Source: Heterodontus francisci (lineage: Eukaryota). From it: a stretch of DNA of 64,000 bases. Of this stretch, positions 61,049 through 64,000 are shown piece by piece. The notes below the pieces were generated by a model. That model saw only the letters and a list, made by a program, of their open reading frames with translations, searched no databases and was not told where the DNA came from. Position 1 is the stretch's first letter; each line of letters opens with the position of its first letter. The stretch lies in assembly GCF_036365525.1 (NCBI RefSeq), contig NW_027140807.1, forward strand, positions 1,426,001-1,490,000. The letters are read 5' to 3'. The position numbers and the translations under genes were made by a program.

Positions 61049-62190
61049 AACACAAGAAATAGGAGCAGGTGTAGACCATATATCCCATCGAGCTTGCTCC
61101 GTCATTCAATACAATCATGGCTGATCTTGGGCTTCAATTCCACTTTCCTGCCTCCTCCCCATATCCCTTGATTTCCTGAGTGATCAGAAATCCCAGCCTT
61201 AAATGTATTCAATGAAGGAGCATCCACAACACTCTAGGGTAGAGAATTCCAAAGATTCACAACGCTTTGAGTGAAGCAATTTCTCCTCATCTCAGTTCGG
61301 AATGATTGATCCCCTGTCCTGAGATTTCTCATTACCTCCTTTTTTGAAAAGCCGTGTAACATTTGTCAGCGTTCAATCCGATGGCACCATTCCTGAATCT
61401 AAGGAATTCTGGAAAATCATAGCCAGTGCCTCCACTATCTCTGCAGCTATCTCTTTTAGAACCCTAGGATGTAATCCATCTGCTCCAGGGGACTTGTCAG
61501 ATTTTCATCCCTCAAATTTCTCGAACACTTTTTCTCAATTGATATGAAAATCCTTAATTTCCTCACTCTTTTTAGCCCCCAGATAACTTCCTATTTCTGG
61601 GATGGAACTTGTGTCTTCAACTGTGAAGACAGACACAAAATATTAGTTCAATTCCCCCATTCCCCATGATAATTTCTCCTGTCTTTACCTCTAAGGGGCC
61701 AACATCAACTTTAGCTACTCTCTTACTTTTTATGTAAAAGCTCCTACCATCTGTTTTTATATTGCTGGTTAGCTTATTCTCACATTTTATTCCCACATCC
61801 GATGAAAGAACATAAACAATGTCTTCATCCAGCCCTATCAGTATGAGGTGCTATTTCCTGCTCCCTAATGTTTTTATCCAGCATCCATTTACATATATCT
61901 GGTTATACACATCATTTATTTCTGTGTGTTAGTGAATTCCACATTCTCACCACTCTGTGTAAATTCATTTCTTGGAGTTATTAGTGAGTATGATGTATTA
62001 ATGACCTTCCCTACAAGTGCAGACATCTTCTATTCCTCTACCCTATCATATTCCTTCATAATCTTGAGCACCTCTATCAGGTCACCCCTCAGCATTGTCC
62101 TCAGCACTTCAGGTGTCGTCTAAACAAAGTATATAGAGCTGAGAATTGTGCACAGTGCTCCAGGTGTGGTCAAACCGTGGTACGGGTTGA
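61049..62190 (-). mobile_element. Degenerate CR1 fragments
   Basis: Tail AGAACACAAGAAATAGGAGCAGG..ATCGAGC on the plus strand; RT remnants. Confidence 0.7.
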
Positions 62191-62389
62191 AGAGCTGTTC
62201 GATGAACCATTATACAGGTGTGGGCAGAGACAGTGTGTGTTGTCTGTCTGGAGGTTGTGGGGAGTTAGAACATGGGCGTTCTGCCACTCGAACGGGCACT
62301 GAACAGATGCAGATCCGCATCCGATCAGCCAGGGCTGCTCTTCACCGAATGCTGGGTTAAATGCACCCGTTTGAAGGGAGACGTGTGAG

Positions 62390-62428
62390 GGTTTTTGTCA
62401 AGGCGGCCAATGACTCTGAACCGCTGTG
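62390..62428 (-). other. 23-RSS of V6
   Basis: CACAGCG (62422-62428), 23 nt, ACAAAAACC (62390-62398). Confidence 0.95.
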
Positions 62429-63162
62429 TCCCATCACCAGCTGCACAGAAATACACCGCCTCGTCCGTGGCGTTCACACTCTCCATCGTCAGAGTGGATT
62501 TCTTATTGTCCAGAGTCCTGCTAATAACAAACCCGCTCTTAAAACCCTCTTCATACTGAGGTTCATTGCTTAGAAAGTTAAACCCGATTAACAGGAATCC
62601 TCTGCCGGGGGACTGACGATACCAGTACATGTAGTCGCGAATCTTTCCTTTCTGCAGACAGTTCATTTCCACTGATCCTGGTTGTTTGACAGCCAGTGAC
62701 TGAGGCCATTGATGTATCACATCACCCCGGCAAACACCTAGAAAGAGAAATTAGAGGGAATGAACTAGTATCGATGGAGTTACAATTGCGACGATGGACG
62801 TTGGTGTTGCACCAAATTAACGACGGAAATTCGGTCTGTGTCCTAATTTCCGACAAGCACCTGGATCTTTACAAATGTAAAATAGAATTGTGGAATCCAC
62901 AAGTTTGCAAGTGGGTGCAAACATTAAAGAGTTAACATCATATTAATAACACTTGTCTTCCCAAACTAGGGGACAGATTAATGAGTTCACTGTCTTGTAT
63001 GAAATAATCGATTACTGATTTCACAAGTCACCACCGCTGAGTTTTATTAAGATCATTAATCATCCCTTTCAGTTGATCAAATGTAGAAGAGTGATTGGGA
63101 CAGAATTTTAACCTACTCAGCCCCAGAAGGGAAATAACAAAGACGATGAAACTGAAAGGCAT
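62429..63162 (-). CDS. TRBV: TCR beta V gene segment V6, paralogue of V1 (leader 63117-63162, V exon 62429-62737)
   Basis: MPFSFIVFVISLLGL, then VCRGDVIHQWPQ..DEAVYFCAAGDG; open frame. Confidence 0.92.
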
Positions 63163-64000
63163 GTTTGCGGTGGATCTGAGAGACTTTCTGCTGGTTACTC
63201 TGGGTTTTAAGGGAGGGAGAGAGATGAGGTGTCGGCAGAGCGGATCGTCATAAGAGGAAGTTATCTCAAGGCAATGAGCCCTGCCCCTAACTTTAAGTTG
63301 TCCCCCATTCTTTCGTTTGCTTCCTTCCGCCCCTTTCCACTTTTTTCTTCTCTCCATTTTCCTCCTTCCACCCCACTTTCCACTCCTCTGCAAATATCTT
63401 CACTCTCTTCCCTTTGTGAGATTGCTTTCATGCCGAGGCGAGGGGAACTGTGTTGGAGAAGGTGGGTGAAAATACAAGGGGCGGTGCAACGAGAGCTGCT
63501 TTGGGTGTCTCCAGAGGTAGCGGTGCAGAACAGGGGATTATTAACATCCTTTTGCAAATTAAAATCAGTAGTGGAGGAAGAGAAGGTGGATAGTTCGATG
63601 GCAGCGGAGGCGGTTCATGTAACATCACTGTAAAGTGGAAATCTAACTGCATTTAGCATTGAAAGTGGAAAGATTGCAGAAGCAGAGGAATTGGCTCATT
63701 GATCAGCGGCGCCAAAGGCTGTGGTGGCGCGAAATACCGTGGAGCCATAGCGCCGACCAGTGGCAGCATTGTGCAACTGCAACAAGCTGTGTTTGTTACT
63801 TTCCCAGTGAAACCCATTGCTCTTTCGGAGAGCCAGTGCAGACACGATGGGCCGAATGTCCTCCTCCTGCGCTGTAACAATTCAGCGATTATGAATGTCG
63901 ATGACAACTGGCAATATTTTGATTTCAATTGTTAACCAGATGATCAATATTGTGTAATATTTCTGATGGATTCAAATGTTACAGGATGATATTCTAAGAT

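Larger units (their letters stand above)
62280..63818 (+). repeat. Segmental duplicate of 1-1553
   Basis: Near-identical sequence at offset about 62279; homology ends where a CR1 tail begins at about 63818. Confidence 0.95.

Overview
Vertebrate genomic DNA, very probably from a cartilaginous fish (HE1/V-SINE, Deu-type SINE, abundant CR1 LINEs and a two-exon GPR139-like orphan GPCR). The window covers part of a T-cell receptor beta variable (TRBV) array. There are six apparently intact V genes, each with a leader exon, intron, V exon and 23-bp-spacer RSS. Five lie on the minus strand and one, at 10.1-10.7 kb, is inverted. There is also one 5'-truncated V relic that keeps its RSS, and two orphan leader relics. 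No D, J or C segments were found. A ~47 kb V-free interval (10.7-57.4 kb) holds an intact 324-aa GPR139-like GPCR gene with an adjacent CTCF/YY1 motif cluster, a 5'-intact CR1 element, ~9 kb of purine-skewed complex satellite and several minisatellites. The first ~1.55 kb is duplicated at the end of the window (offset ~62.28 kb), and the two V paralogues differ almost only in CDR1/CDR2. Most notable observations: the GPCR embedded among V segments, a TRBV30-like CAWS family whose RSSs carry an overlapping AP-1 site plus a downstream E-box/GATA module, and inverted minisatellites bracketing the inverted V. All calls were made by eye without database searches; repeat boundaries are approximate.
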